A stretch of DNA of 64,000 nucleotides, from the IMG/VR virus record IMGVR_UViG_2974622612_000001, positions 6,031 through 70,030 of that record. One strand, 5' to 3'. Below, one piece after another: positions 34,374 through 43,598 of the stretch (the stretch's first letter is position 1; each line of letters starts with the position of its first letter). The notes beneath the pieces were generated by a model, which made no database searches, was not told where the DNA came from, and saw only the letters and a program-made list of their open reading frames with translations. Made by a program: the position numbers and the translations under genes. The DNA comes from a virus (lineage: Duplodnaviria > Caudoviricetes).

Positions 34374-34691
34374 ATGAACGACAAGATTAAGACGCTTCGC
34401 CCTCGTTTCGTCGGCAAAAGCGAAGTGCGAGCGACCATTCAGCGCATCGGTAACACGCGCAAGATCAAGGTCACGGTGCTGACGTACTCGCCTCTGGGCG
34501 TCACGTTGGCAGCCGTCGAGAGGCGCGCGAAGGAACTCGCGACCGCCGAGGCAATCAAGCGCGGCGCTTCTAGCGCCGACTGCACCGTGCTCCACGGTGG
34601 AGAAATCCGGCACAACGCGACGGACTCGACCGGCAAGTCCAGGCCGATCCGCGTGCGTTCGCAGACGTTCTACTTCGCTGCGGTCGATTAG
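34374..34691 (+). CDS. Hypothetical basic protein
   Basis: AGGA upstream; lies between the two conserved hairpins. Confidence 0.7.
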   Translation: MNDKIKTLRPRFVGKSEVRATIQRIGNTRKIKVTVLTYSPLGVTLAAVERRAKELATAEAIKRGASSADCTVLHGGEIRHNATDSTGKSRPIRVRSQTFYFAAVD

Positions 34692-34725
34692 CCGGTGCCT
34701 GTCAGACGCCAGGTGTAGCGTCGGA

Positions 34726-34759
34726 GCCGATCAGGGGAACTAGGTCAAACCTGATCGGC
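34726..34759 (+). promoter_or_regulatory. Conserved-loop hairpin, copy 2
   Basis: GCCGATCAGG-GGAACTAGGTCAAA-CCTGATCGGC. Confidence 0.75.
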
Positions 34760-34812
34760 GCGAGAATGCTCACGGAATTCAGAGCGTTCTTAAGTGGACT
34801 AGCCCAGTTGGA

Positions 34813-34821
34813 TGCTAGGCT
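34813..34821 (+). promoter_or_regulatory. Extended -10 promoter element TGC-TAGGCT
   Basis: Intergenic, 52 nt before ATG 34874; the same ATGCTAGGCTGG occurs at 60347. Confidence 0.5.
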
Positions 34822-34873
34822 GGTTCGTGAGTCGGAAAGACCGGCTCACAATCGCAAGAGAAACGGATTCGAA

Positions 34874-36361
34874 ATGACACAGGAAACCATTCCCTACCTG
34901 CACGGAAACTGCATGATCGGTGGCGTGATCGGTGGCGCGGTTCTGCTCAACAACGGGCTGAGCGCGTACACGGACGCCAACGGTGTGCTGGTGGTGACCG
35001 ACAGCAAGGGACAGGTGCTCCCTCCGGCCATGCTGGACGCCAAGAAGCACGCGGAAATCGAAGCCGCGCGGGCCAAGCAGCCCGGTTGGCGACCGCCGTC
35101 GTGGTGGTTCGACGGTCGTCTGGAAGACCCCAAGCGCCCGTCGCACTACGCCGGGTACCTGCCCGTCTCGCTCGTCAAGGAGCGCCTGTTGAACTGGCAG
35201 GCTCTCGACGGCAACGTGAAGGTGTCCACGATGCTCGACGTGGTTGATCCCAACGGGGACGGCACCAGCTACATCAAGGTGCCCGTCGAATTCCCGGTGT
35301 CGATCTACAAGGGCGTCATCCGCGAGGACAAGCTGCGCGACCTGTACGAAAGCTGGTGGGCCACCGGCCAGGTCGATCAGGACGCGCTCAACGCGGTTGT
35401 GCTGGGTATGCACTCGGACGAGTACACGCAGCACCAGCTCGACCAGACGTTCATCACGGAGACCGCGAACATCATCGGCGCTGCCGGTGGCGAACTCGGA
35501 ATCACCAGCGCGTTGGTCCTGCGCGGTGGTCGTGTCGCTTCCATGGAAATCTCGATTCCCGAGGAACTGCACGACGAGAAGACCGGGTTCGCGTTCCGAC
35601 CGAATCTCGTTGTCAGCACGTCGTTCAACGGCACGCTGCCGACAAGCTGGACTCGCACCATCACGGCGACCGTCTGCGACAACACGTTGCAGTACGCGTT
35701 GTCACAGGCGGGCGAGACTGGCAAGTACAAGATTCGGCACACGAAGAACTCGCTGGTTCACATCCGCGATGCCGTGCAGGCGTTGGGTCTGATCCACCAG
35801 CAGGCCGACACGTTCACGGAGACCCTGCGCAGTTGGTCCGAGACCGAGGTCACCGAGAAGCATTTCCAGTCTTGGCTGGACGCAATGTATCCGGTGCCCG
35901 ACGTCAAGACCGAGGTCATCCTGTCCGAGCAAGGCGAGAAGATCGGCGAGAAGGTCAAGACCAACTCGCAGTCGCTCGTCCTGAACAAGCGCGACCGTCT
36001 GATCCAGATGTGGGATTCGGACCCGCGCGTTGTCGGTCCCGAGGGCCAGTGGAAGAACTCGAAACTGGCTCTGGCGCAACTGGTCAACACGTTCCAGCAC
36101 CATGAGCAGATGGTCAAGGGCGTGAAGGCGTTGGGCGGCAACAAGTTGCAGGCGCGTGTCGAGACGAACGCGTTCAAGGCGCTCAAGGCCGACCGCAACG
36201 GCGAGTCCGAATTCGCCAAGGCCGACCGGCTCGCCATGGAGAAGCTCGACCTGATCCTGGCGAACGACGAAGCCGCGCAGAAGGTGGCCGTGCCGGTGGG
36301 CGCTCCCACGACGAAGGCTCCGGCCAAGTCGCGCGCCAAGAAGGCCGCTGCCAGCAACTAA
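34874..36361 (+). CDS. DUF932 / TIGR03299-like phage-plasmid protein
   Basis: LRGGRV...STSFNGT...TVCDNTL...IRHTKN motif series; strong codon bias. Confidence 0.8.
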   Translation: MTQETIPYLHGNCMIGGVIGGAVLLNNGLSAYTDANGVLVVTDSKGQVLPPAMLDAKKHAEIEAARAKQPGWRPPSWWFDGRLEDPKRPSHYAGYLPVSLVKERLLNWQALDGNVKVSTMLDVVDPNGDGTSYIKVPVEFPVSIYKGVIREDKLRDLYESWWATGQVDQDALNAVVLGMHSDEYTQHQLDQTFITETANIIGAAGGELGITSALVLRGGRVASMEISIPEELHDEKTGFAFRPNLVVSTSFNGTLPTSWTRTITATVCDNTLQYALSQAGETGKYKIRHTKNSLVHIRDAVQALGLIHQQADTFTETLRSWSETEVTEKHFQSWLDAMYPVPDVKTEVILSEQGEKIGEKVKTNSQSLVLNKRDRLIQMWDSDPRVVGPEGQWKNSKLALAQLVNTFQHHEQMVKGVKALGGNKLQARVETNAFKALKADRNGESEFAKADRLAMEKLDLILANDEAAQKVAVPVGAPTTKAPAKSRAKKAAASN

Positions 36362-36370
36362 TCGCACACT

Positions 36371-36408
36371 GAATGGGCGGGGATGCTTTCACAGGTCCCC
36401 GCCCATTC
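36371..36408 (+). terminator. 13-bp stem-loop after DUF932
   Basis: GAATGGGCGGGGA/TCCCCGCCCATTC. Confidence 0.65.
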
Positions 36409-36452
36409 CCCTACCAATCCAAACTCAAACTCTCACAGAAAGATTCACAATC

Positions 36453-36776
36453 ATGCGCAAATTCATCGCAGGTATCGCGATCATCGGGGCTGCCCTGGCG
36501 GGGTCAACGGCAGTCGCCAACGCGACACCAGCACAGGATGCGCAGTTCTTCGCGCTGCTCGAAAGCGAGGGACTGACGTACGTCAGCGCCGACGTGGCAA
36601 TCGCACAGGCTCGCGCCATGTGCGCCGACATGGACTACTCCGGCTTGAATGCCGGTGAAATCGTCCAGGCCGCAATGCAACTGTGGGACATGGACTACGA
36701 GACCGCCGTGTCGCTCACAGCCATTTCCATCGTCGTCTACTGCCCCTGGAACGATCCGCGTACCACACAGGCGTAG
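36453..36776 (+). CDS. Secreted DUF732-like protein
   Basis: Signal peptide ending ANA; QDAQFFALL...AMC...AISIVVYCP. Confidence 0.75.
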   Translation: MRKFIAGIAIIGAALAGSTAVANATPAQDAQFFALLESEGLTYVSADVAIAQARAMCADMDYSGLNAGEIVQAAMQLWDMDYETAVSLTAISIVVYCPWNDPRTTQA

Positions 36777-36785
36777 AGAGCCGAA

Positions 36786-37058
36786 ATGAACCGGTATCTC
36801 TACGTTTTCAACGTCCACGGTCGCAGCAACTTCCCGATTGACATGCTGCGCTATGACCGTGCGACACCACACAGCGAGCGCGATTCCAAACAGATTGTGC
36901 CCGCAACAGGCTGCCATTCCGGTGGAACCATCGCCGGATACGACATCGAATTGCAGTCGAATCGTGAACCGACCATAGGGCGTTGGCGCTCATTCGGTTG
37001 GGAAGTGACCGACGTGCAGAAAATTCGCCTGAATGAAACCGGACGGAGTGGTTGGTGA
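36786..37058 (+). CDS. Hypothetical protein
   Basis: FPIDMLRYD segment; operon fit. Confidence 0.65.
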   Translation: MNRYLYVFNVHGRSNFPIDMLRYDRATPHSERDSKQIVPATGCHSGGTIAGYDIELQSNREPTIGRWRSFGWEVTDVQKIRLNETGRSGW

Positions 37059-37148
37059 AAGCCTTCCTACACGTTGTATGGGCAGTTATCCGCGAGATTG
37101 AATGGGAATTTGAACCCATTCGAGTCACCATGAAAGGACCGCAGCACC

Positions 37149-37337
37149 ATGGGACTGGGTATACCGAAGGACGCGCAGAAAGCAATCGATGCCGTCCCCG
37201 AAATCGTCAGTGAACTCAAGGCAGTTCGCAGGCTCTTAGAGCGCCTGTTGGACGAAGACGACACCACGCAGGCACCCGGTAAGGGACTCCGGTTGCGTCG
37301 TGTCGGTGAACCACACGCGGCGTTCGAACAGCCATGA
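37149..37337 (+). CDS. Hypothetical protein
   Basis: AAAGGA RBS. Confidence 0.6.
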   Translation: MGLGIPKDAQKAIDAVPEIVSELKAVRRLLERLLDEDDTTQAPGKGLRLRRVGEPHAAFEQP

Positions 37338-37717
37338 GCAAGCGCAAGTGGCCGGTGGGGAGCTTTGTGCCGTGCTCCCCCCGGCACTTGCACTGCTCAC
37401 CGGCACACGCAGAATTCGTGCGTAACTACAGGATTGAGCGTCACCGGCAGGAAGTCGAGCACGAACACATCCTGTCCAATCCGCAAGAGCGCGCCATTTG
37501 GCGTGAAAACGGAGGCGAAATCGTCACGTTCAAGTCGTGGCTGATTACACATAAAGGCTCCGGCATTCAACACCAGCGCGAAGTCTGGGAATCTGCACAA
37601 CGCGCAGAGGCGTCGGCATTGGCGCTCAATGGCCGCGCGGAATGCATTGCGTCCGTGGACGACATGAATCAATGGCGCCAATGGGCCTGGGACACAATAG
37701 AACACGCGTCAGCATAG
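37334..37717 (+). CDS. Hypothetical protein
   Basis: ATGA overlap. Confidence 0.65.
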   Translation: MSKRKWPVGSFVPCSPRHLHCSPAHAEFVRNYRIERHRQEVEHEHILSNPQERAIWRENGGEIVTFKSWLITHKGSGIQHQREVWESAQRAEASALALNGRAECIASVDDMNQWRQWAWDTIEHASA

Positions 37718-38003
37718 GTGTGCGGTATCCGCGCGCGCCCCTCCCTCTTTTTGATTGGGTGGGAGGACCCTACACGGACCACCAGACCCATCAGATCAGC
37801 GCGTGGCGGGCATGCATACGCGGAGGGCGGGAAATCCCAAGGGTGGGATTCCCCTTATTTCCCGGTGCGCAGCAAACATACGCGACCAGGCACAACGCGC
37901 TTGCACCCGGTAGACCCCTACGCTTGCACCCGGCACTATGTAATTACATCACAAGTGATTAGCTAACTAGTTTCGCTAGCGATTCCAAGCAAAATTGGCT
38001 GGA

Positions 38004-38081
38004 AATCCGAAATGATAATTTCGGATTCTAAACATAAGGTTTCTCTAAGGTCCGTTGATTGACGTACCCCGGTGTTAGGAT
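38004..38081 (+). promoter_or_regulatory. Operator-like palindrome plus extended -10 (TGT-TAGGAT)
   Basis: AATCCGAAAT-GATA-ATTTCGGATT 38004-38027; TAGGAT 38076-38081, 7 nt before GTG 38089. Confidence 0.55.
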
Positions 38082-38088
38082 CGTACGC

Positions 38089-38358
38089 GTGAGTGAAGTT
38101 ATTAAGGTTGGACGAGTCCTCGCGAATCAGCCGCGTGCTGTACGAATTCGCGAGCCTGAAAATCAAGACTCTGCGCACAGTGCCGTCCACGGCGGTATCA
38201 ATATCCTGACGAATTCCGCTTCGGATACCAGGAAAATCATGGCCGCTTGGTCTGAAATCGCAGAGGCTTTGGCCTCGAAAATCGAAGAAGTTTTGGACCG
38301 GGAGACCCCGCCAGCCGAGGACGCCCCTAATAAGAAGGAAAGCGACGACGGCCAGTGA
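38089..38358 (+). CDS. Hypothetical protein, probably leaderless
   Basis: In-frame GTG at the predicted transcription start. Confidence 0.6.
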   Translation: MSEVIKVGRVLANQPRAVRIREPENQDSAHSAVHGGINILTNSASDTRKIMAAWSEIAEALASKIEEVLDRETPPAEDAPNKKESDDGQ

Positions 38359-38651
38359 CCCGACGCATCGGCTTCGAACCTGTACCAGACTTCACCGACG
38401 CCGAGCTTGTCGAATTCCTAAAGAAAACCATCACGAATGACACCGATCATCTTCTGGAAATTCTGGAAGATTTGATTGGAACTGTCGAAGAAACAAAAGC
38501 GAATGGGCAAGCAGAGGAATTCGCTTATGCCAAGCTGATGAACTATCTGACGCAATTGCCGAAACCTGTTAGGATTCATTTGTGCGCTGCGGCGCTGTGG
38601 AAACTACACGGACAGGAGAACGCAGACCTTCGCGTCTTGCGCTACGAATAA
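38355..38651 (+). CDS. Hypothetical protein
   Basis: GTGA overlap. Confidence 0.7.
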   Translation: MTRRIGFEPVPDFTDAELVEFLKKTITNDTDHLLEILEDLIGTVEETKANGQAEEFAYAKLMNYLTQLPKPVRIHLCAAALWKLHGQENADLRVLRYE

Positions 38652-38666
38652 GGAAGGCACCGGACA

Positions 38667-39212
38667 ATGCCTCACAAATCGAACGACCTTCTCAACACTT
38701 GCCTGGCTCATGAGTGGAAGGCTCAGATAAAGCCAGAGAACTTGGGTGGAAATCCCGAGGAAATAATCTGGAATCTGTACGCATTGCGGAACAAAGAAAC
38801 GCTTCACGTGGTATGGGTGGGCAACAGGATGCAGGGTGCCACCTACACCTACGGCGACCACTATTGCTTGAAGCTCAATTGGCGCAATCAGGTGCTCAAG
38901 CTCGTCACCGGCAGGCCCGATCCCCGCAAACTCAAGGACGACGACACCGACAAGCTCATGGCCGACAGGTACGTGCCGTGGGACGCCGATACACCCGACG
39001 AGAAAATCCTTGCGGCTGTGATCGGATGCAAAATCAGTTGGGTTCGCAGCATAGATCGTGAGATTTGTGACGCAACCATTCCGGCAGATCGCACTCACAA
39101 GCATTTGCGCATCATCGAAAGCCCTCCGAATTCAGGCCGAAAGGTTTTGGAATGGGCCGACCCCTTTGGTTTTCATGCGGTCAGGCTCGATTCAATCATC
39201 GAAGTGAGTTAG
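38667..39212 (+). CDS. Hypothetical protein
   Basis: AAGGA RBS. Confidence 0.7.
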   Translation: MPHKSNDLLNTCLAHEWKAQIKPENLGGNPEEIIWNLYALRNKETLHVVWVGNRMQGATYTYGDHYCLKLNWRNQVLKLVTGRPDPRKLKDDDTDKLMADRYVPWDADTPDEKILAAVIGCKISWVRSIDREICDATIPADRTHKHLRIIESPPNSGRKVLEWADPFGFHAVRLDSIIEVS

Positions 39213-39221
39213 GCTAGAACA

Positions 39222-39491
39222 ATGGCAGCACCGACATGGGCCGACAACACCACACAGGATCGGCTCGAAAAGATTGCAGAAGAAAAGGGCTGGAAAGTTC
39301 TCACCAGCACCAGCACCCAAACCGTATTGAAGCGGTGGCCGGGAACGCTGACGGTGAATTTCGAGACCCGAGAGCAGAACGGACAGATTCGCACTGTCGT
39401 CCATTCTCTTTCCCTCGAAATTCCACACGATTCCTTCAACAAGTTCGACCATGCCGTCGAACTGCTCGACCTTTTGGGGAACCACAAGTGA
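39222..39491 (+). CDS. Hypothetical protein, probably leaderless
   Basis: TAGGCT 6 nt before ATG. Confidence 0.7.
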   Translation: MAAPTWADNTTQDRLEKIAEEKGWKVLTSTSTQTVLKRWPGTLTVNFETREQNGQIRTVVHSLSLEIPHDSFNKFDHAVELLDLLGNHK

Positions 39492-40261
39492 CACCCAAGC
39501 AAACTGCGGAGAAAATGTACCGCGATTGGCGTGCGCTCTACAAGAAGACGCCCGCTCTGGTGGATCAATTCAAGGCGTGGGGTCCACCCGAGCCTCTGGA
39601 CGCAGAGTTGAAAGAGCATCTGTACGACTCTTTCTTGGGCATTGCCCTCAAGCATCCGCTGGTGTTCGGCATCCCGTACTTCGCCCAAGAGAATCCGCGC
39701 TACAACGCTTGCCTGAAATGGAAGCGGGAGTGCCTGGAAAAGTACATGTCTTCGCGTGACTTTTCACAGGTGATTCATGCGTTCGAACGTCCCTACCGCA
39801 TCGACGCAATCGGCTACGTCATGGAGCACTGCGGAGACGTGACCGGAATCGAAATGTGGACGATGCTGCGCGTTGCGTGGACGGACAGCGAGAACATCTG
39901 GCAAAACGAGCAGCAATGGCGTGATTTGTTCGAAGAATGGTACGACGATTCGCGCGAGTTCTTCATGACCTCTGAGAGCGCCCAGGAGTGGGCAATGCTG
40001 CCCGACGACCAGCCGGTGCCCGTCTACCGTGGGTTCAGCGTGGACGGACGCGAACAGGGCATGTCGTGGACGACCGATAAGATACGGGCCAAGTGGTTCG
40101 CTCGCCGGTTCGCCAACGACGGCCACGGTCGCGGCGCAGCCCGGTTGGCGATTGGAACGGTCATGAAGTGCGATTGCATCGGATACGTCAACGAGCGCAC
40201 CGAAAGCGAAGTCGTTGTGTTTCCAGAGAAAGTGGACATCGTTCGCATCGGAGAAGTGTAA
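39488..40261 (+). CDS. Putative ADP-ribosyltransferase-fold protein (R-S-E type)
   Basis: GTGA overlap; VYRG, GMSWTT, AKWFA, ESEVVV in canonical order. Confidence 0.55.
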   Translation: MTPKQTAEKMYRDWRALYKKTPALVDQFKAWGPPEPLDAELKEHLYDSFLGIALKHPLVFGIPYFAQENPRYNACLKWKRECLEKYMSSRDFSQVIHAFERPYRIDAIGYVMEHCGDVTGIEMWTMLRVAWTDSENIWQNEQQWRDLFEEWYDDSREFFMTSESAQEWAMLPDDQPVPVYRGFSVDGREQGMSWTTDKIRAKWFARRFANDGHGRGAARLAIGTVMKCDCIGYVNERTESEVVVFPEKVDIVRIGEV

Positions 40262-42225
40262 TGACCACTGCCACAAAGACATTGCGAATGCGGATGGGAA
40301 AGCACTCGCAAAAACCTCTGATCTGGGTGACTTTTCCCTACGATCCCGAGGTAACCGAAATGCTCAAAGACACGGTTCAGGGCATTCGGTGGGTCAAGAA
40401 AGACGGCATGTGGACGGCTCCGCTGGACATGGAAACCGCGCGTGACATCCGTGCCGTGTGCCGACACTTCAACGGCCAATTGAAGATTGAGCCGGAGCTA
40501 GGCGTTTGGGCTACGAAAGAACGCCAAAGGCTCGCGAATCTGTTGCGCCCTGACGACATCATGGGCGACCACGACAAGTTGCTTCCACTTGTGCAGCAAC
40601 GGTATCCGCACATCTTCGCGGCCATGAAGGAACGGAAACCCTGGCAGATTCCAGGCGCAGCCTTCGTGGTCTCGCAGCGTGAAGTCGTGGTGGCCGATCA
40701 ACCGGGGTTGGGCAAGACCCTACAGGTCATCGCCGCGCTGTTGGAATTGCAGGTCACCGGGGCGATCCTGGTGGTGGCTCCCAAGACAGCGGTCGAGGTC
40801 ACGTGGCCGGATGAAATCGCACGGTGGATCGGGCCGAATGAGCACGTGTTCATCATCAACGCAGAGTGCAAGCCCGAGGAACGAGCGCACCGAGCAAGGG
40901 AAGCGAAAAAGCTTGCAGAACAAGGCGAAAGAGTCTGGGTTCTCACCGGCTCTAGCTACATCCGCATCAAGGCCGAGTTCGATGACTACGGCAACTACCT
41001 GCGGGATGAACGCAAGCAGAAGATCATTCGCGCAGTCGGCCACACGGTAGCCGACCTGTTTCGCATGCCGTATTCGGCTGTGATCGTAGACGAATCGCAG
41101 GAAGTTCTCGCGACCTCCACCGGCAACAAGAAGAAGTGGAGTGCGCAGAGAACCGGCATGGGTGCGCTCGACATCGTTCCTGGCGCACCGCGAATCGCTA
41201 TCTCTGGCACGCCGTTTCGTGGCAAAACGGAGAACATGTGGGGAACGCTCAACTGGCTTGCCCCGAAGAAATACACGTCGTATTGGAAGTGGGTTCGCAG
41301 ACACTATGGCGTGGTTGATAATTGGGACTCTGGCGAAGCGCACATGGAGAAAGGCGATTCGATCAAGGACGAGGCTCGATTCTTTCAGGAACTACGCCCA
41401 ATTCTCATTCGACGTACGCACGCCGAGCTTCGCAGGCAAGGTTTCATAACCGGCGAAAAGCTTTACGGCGGTACGCCTCTGGACCCGAACGACCCGAAAT
41501 CACCTGTGGCTGTGTGGCTTCCACTCACGCCCAAGCAACAAAAGCAGTACAAGCAGATTCAGGATGACGCGGTAATCACGCTCGAATCCCTGGCGGGTGA
41601 GCGAGACGAGGTTGTCGTCAACGGGTCGCTGGCCGAAATGGTGAGGCTCAAGCAGGTCGCCGGATCGTGCCTTGGGTTGGACGTGAAGCCCGATCTGCCG
41701 AGCAACAAAATCGACTGGGTAAAGAACTTCCTTACCGAGCGAATTTCAGCAGGAACGAAAACCGTTGTGGCAAGCCAGTTCACACAGTTCCTAGAGCTTT
41801 TGAGCAGAGAGTGCGACAAGGCCGGAATCCGGCACTACCTCTATACCGGCAAGGTCAAGGGCAGCGAGCGAGCACGGATCAAGCACGAATTTCAAGACGA
41901 ATCCGGTGAAATGGTGATCCTTTTGAACACAAAATCGGGTGGCCTCTCGCTCACTTTGGACGCAGCCGACGATGTAGTGGTATGCGATCAGACGTGGATT
42001 CCCGACGATCAGGAACAGGTGGAGAACCGTGCCTATGGTCGAGAGCGCGACCACGACGTAAACATATGGAACCTTTGCTCTTTGGGAACCATCGATGAAG
42101 ACATTGCGGTGCTAAACTCAGAAAGGCAGGGAGACATCTTCGCCGTTCTCGACAGCGCACGTGGCGTCTCCTACGTCAAGCAACTCGTTGCGATGACGCA
42201 AAACCGGGCAGAGGATGCAGCATGA
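40261..42225 (+). CDS. SNF2/DEAD-like DNA helicase
   Basis: DQPGLGKT, IVDES, SGTP, GLSLTL, QVENRAY; TAATG coupling. Confidence 0.9.
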   Translation: MTTATKTLRMRMGKHSQKPLIWVTFPYDPEVTEMLKDTVQGIRWVKKDGMWTAPLDMETARDIRAVCRHFNGQLKIEPELGVWATKERQRLANLLRPDDIMGDHDKLLPLVQQRYPHIFAAMKERKPWQIPGAAFVVSQREVVVADQPGLGKTLQVIAALLELQVTGAILVVAPKTAVEVTWPDEIARWIGPNEHVFIINAECKPEERAHRAREAKKLAEQGERVWVLTGSSYIRIKAEFDDYGNYLRDERKQKIIRAVGHTVADLFRMPYSAVIVDESQEVLATSTGNKKKWSAQRTGMGALDIVPGAPRIAISGTPFRGKTENMWGTLNWLAPKKYTSYWKWVRRHYGVVDNWDSGEAHMEKGDSIKDEARFFQELRPILIRRTHAELRRQGFITGEKLYGGTPLDPNDPKSPVAVWLPLTPKQQKQYKQIQDDAVITLESLAGERDEVVVNGSLAEMVRLKQVAGSCLGLDVKPDLPSNKIDWVKNFLTERISAGTKTVVASQFTQFLELLSRECDKAGIRHYLYTGKVKGSERARIKHEFQDESGEMVILLNTKSGGLSLTLDAADDVVVCDQTWIPDDQEQVENRAYGRERDHDVNIWNLCSLGTIDEDIAVLNSERQGDIFAVLDSARGVSYVKQLVAMTQNRAEDAA

Positions 42226-42566
42226 AAGCGGTGAATCGCGGTGTGGCCCATACTCAAGCCAACCTCGTTGGGATTCCACACGGAAGGGACAGGCGCGATC
42301 CTCGTCTGCCTCCCCCGTCCAACGAGAGCGACGACTACACCATCGCGCTCCACGGCAGTGAAGGCAATAGCTTAACTCCGGTGAAATTAAGCAGATCGCA
42401 GCTTGAGACGATCTTGAAGCTGGAAGACCGGATCAACGCTGCCGCAAAGCTTTCCGGTTACTACCCGAAATTCGTTGTGTACCACGGTGGTTTGCGCAAC
42501 GTCGGAACCAAAGAAGACCCGGTATGGGAACCGGCAGGACGACCAGTGAGGAATCAGCGCATATGA
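42222..42566 (+). CDS. Hypothetical protein
   Basis: ATGA overlap. Confidence 0.6.
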   Translation: MKAVNRGVAHTQANLVGIPHGRDRRDPRLPPPSNESDDYTIALHGSEGNSLTPVKLSRSQLETILKLEDRINAAAKLSGYYPKFVVYHGGLRNVGTKEDPVWEPAGRPVRNQRI

Positions 42567-42907
42567 AAACGATCTACAAATACACCCTGAATCCAGGCGA
42601 AGCCAACAGGTTTCGCACCAAAAGGCTGCTGCAAGTCTGTCACGTTGCGCCTGTGATCGATGAGGAAGTTCGCCGCGAAATGGTTCAGCACGGACATCCC
42701 AGTCGCGAAGCCAACATTCGTGCCGAAAGGATTAACGTTTGGTGTCTGGTTGATCCCAGCGCAGAGCAGATCAGTGACTTCGTGATCTTCGGCACCGGCC
42801 ATCCCATCGAAGGCGACATCGTTTTCTGCGGAACCGCCGTCATGGCAAGCGGTTTGGTCTGGCATCTGTTCGTGCCCGACAAGGACTTTTACGTGGGGTC
42901 CCGATGA
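42563..42907 (+). CDS. Conserved phage hypothetical (DUF7352-like)
   Basis: MKTIYKY...GTGHP...GTA...LVWHLF. Confidence 0.7.
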   Translation: MKTIYKYTLNPGEANRFRTKRLLQVCHVAPVIDEEVRREMVQHGHPSREANIRAERINVWCLVDPSAEQISDFVIFGTGHPIEGDIVFCGTAVMASGLVWHLFVPDKDFYVGSR

Positions 42908-43308
42908 GTCAGTGGCCGATCTACGTCTGGCTTGGCGGGTTGACCGCACAGTCCATTGCTGTTGAATGGCGGAACTGGCGTACTTTTCGGCCTGCTCGCG
43001 CTCTGATAACCGCTGAGACCGAGCGGAAAGTCGCCCACACCAAAGCATTCGAAAAACTCACCGATCCTGACCAGATTCTTGAGGAATTCGAGGCCAGTGG
43101 GGAGCGAAACGCAAAGCAAATAGAGGCGATTCAGGCAGGACGAACCACCGAGCCACGCGAAGGCGCTGGGCCGCACGCCATCATCCATCGACCTCGCAAG
43201 ATGCGACCAGTTACCCCACGTCGTTGGAACCCGCCAGCGGACTACTCAGACCGCGTGAGGGACATGACAGAGCGGCGCAACCGGGGAGAGGGCTACCCCG
43301 ATGCTTGA
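42904..43308 (+). CDS. Hypothetical protein
   Basis: ATGA overlap. Confidence 0.6.
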   Translation: MSQWPIYVWLGGLTAQSIAVEWRNWRTFRPARALITAETERKVAHTKAFEKLTDPDQILEEFEASGERNAKQIEAIQAGRTTEPREGAGPHAIIHRPRKMRPVTPRRWNPPADYSDRVRDMTERRNRGEGYPDA

Positions 43309-43525
43309 GCGCGCCGAAATCACCGACATAACAGTACGTCCCGTTGCTCCGAAGCCGGACAAAGGGGTTGAAAAAGCAGACGAAACTTTCTGCGATTTCG
43401 TCAGGGATGGTCGGGCCGAAAACAGTTGCATCCTGGTTCACCGGAGGCGCATGGCCCAATGGTGCGACGGTTGCATCAATTTCGCCAAAGAAAAAGTCAT
43501 CCAGAAGTACCAGCGGAAGCAATGA
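43301..43525 (+). CDS. Small Cys-containing protein
   Basis: Operon fit; C..C..CDGC. Confidence 0.6.
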   Translation: MLERAEITDITVRPVAPKPDKGVEKADETFCDFVRDGRAENSCILVHRRRMAQWCDGCINFAKEKVIQKYQRKQ

Positions 43526-43598
43526 CGTGGTAACGTAGTCATTGCAAAACACCGGACACATCGTCCGAATCACCAACCGACACAAGAAAGATCGAATC

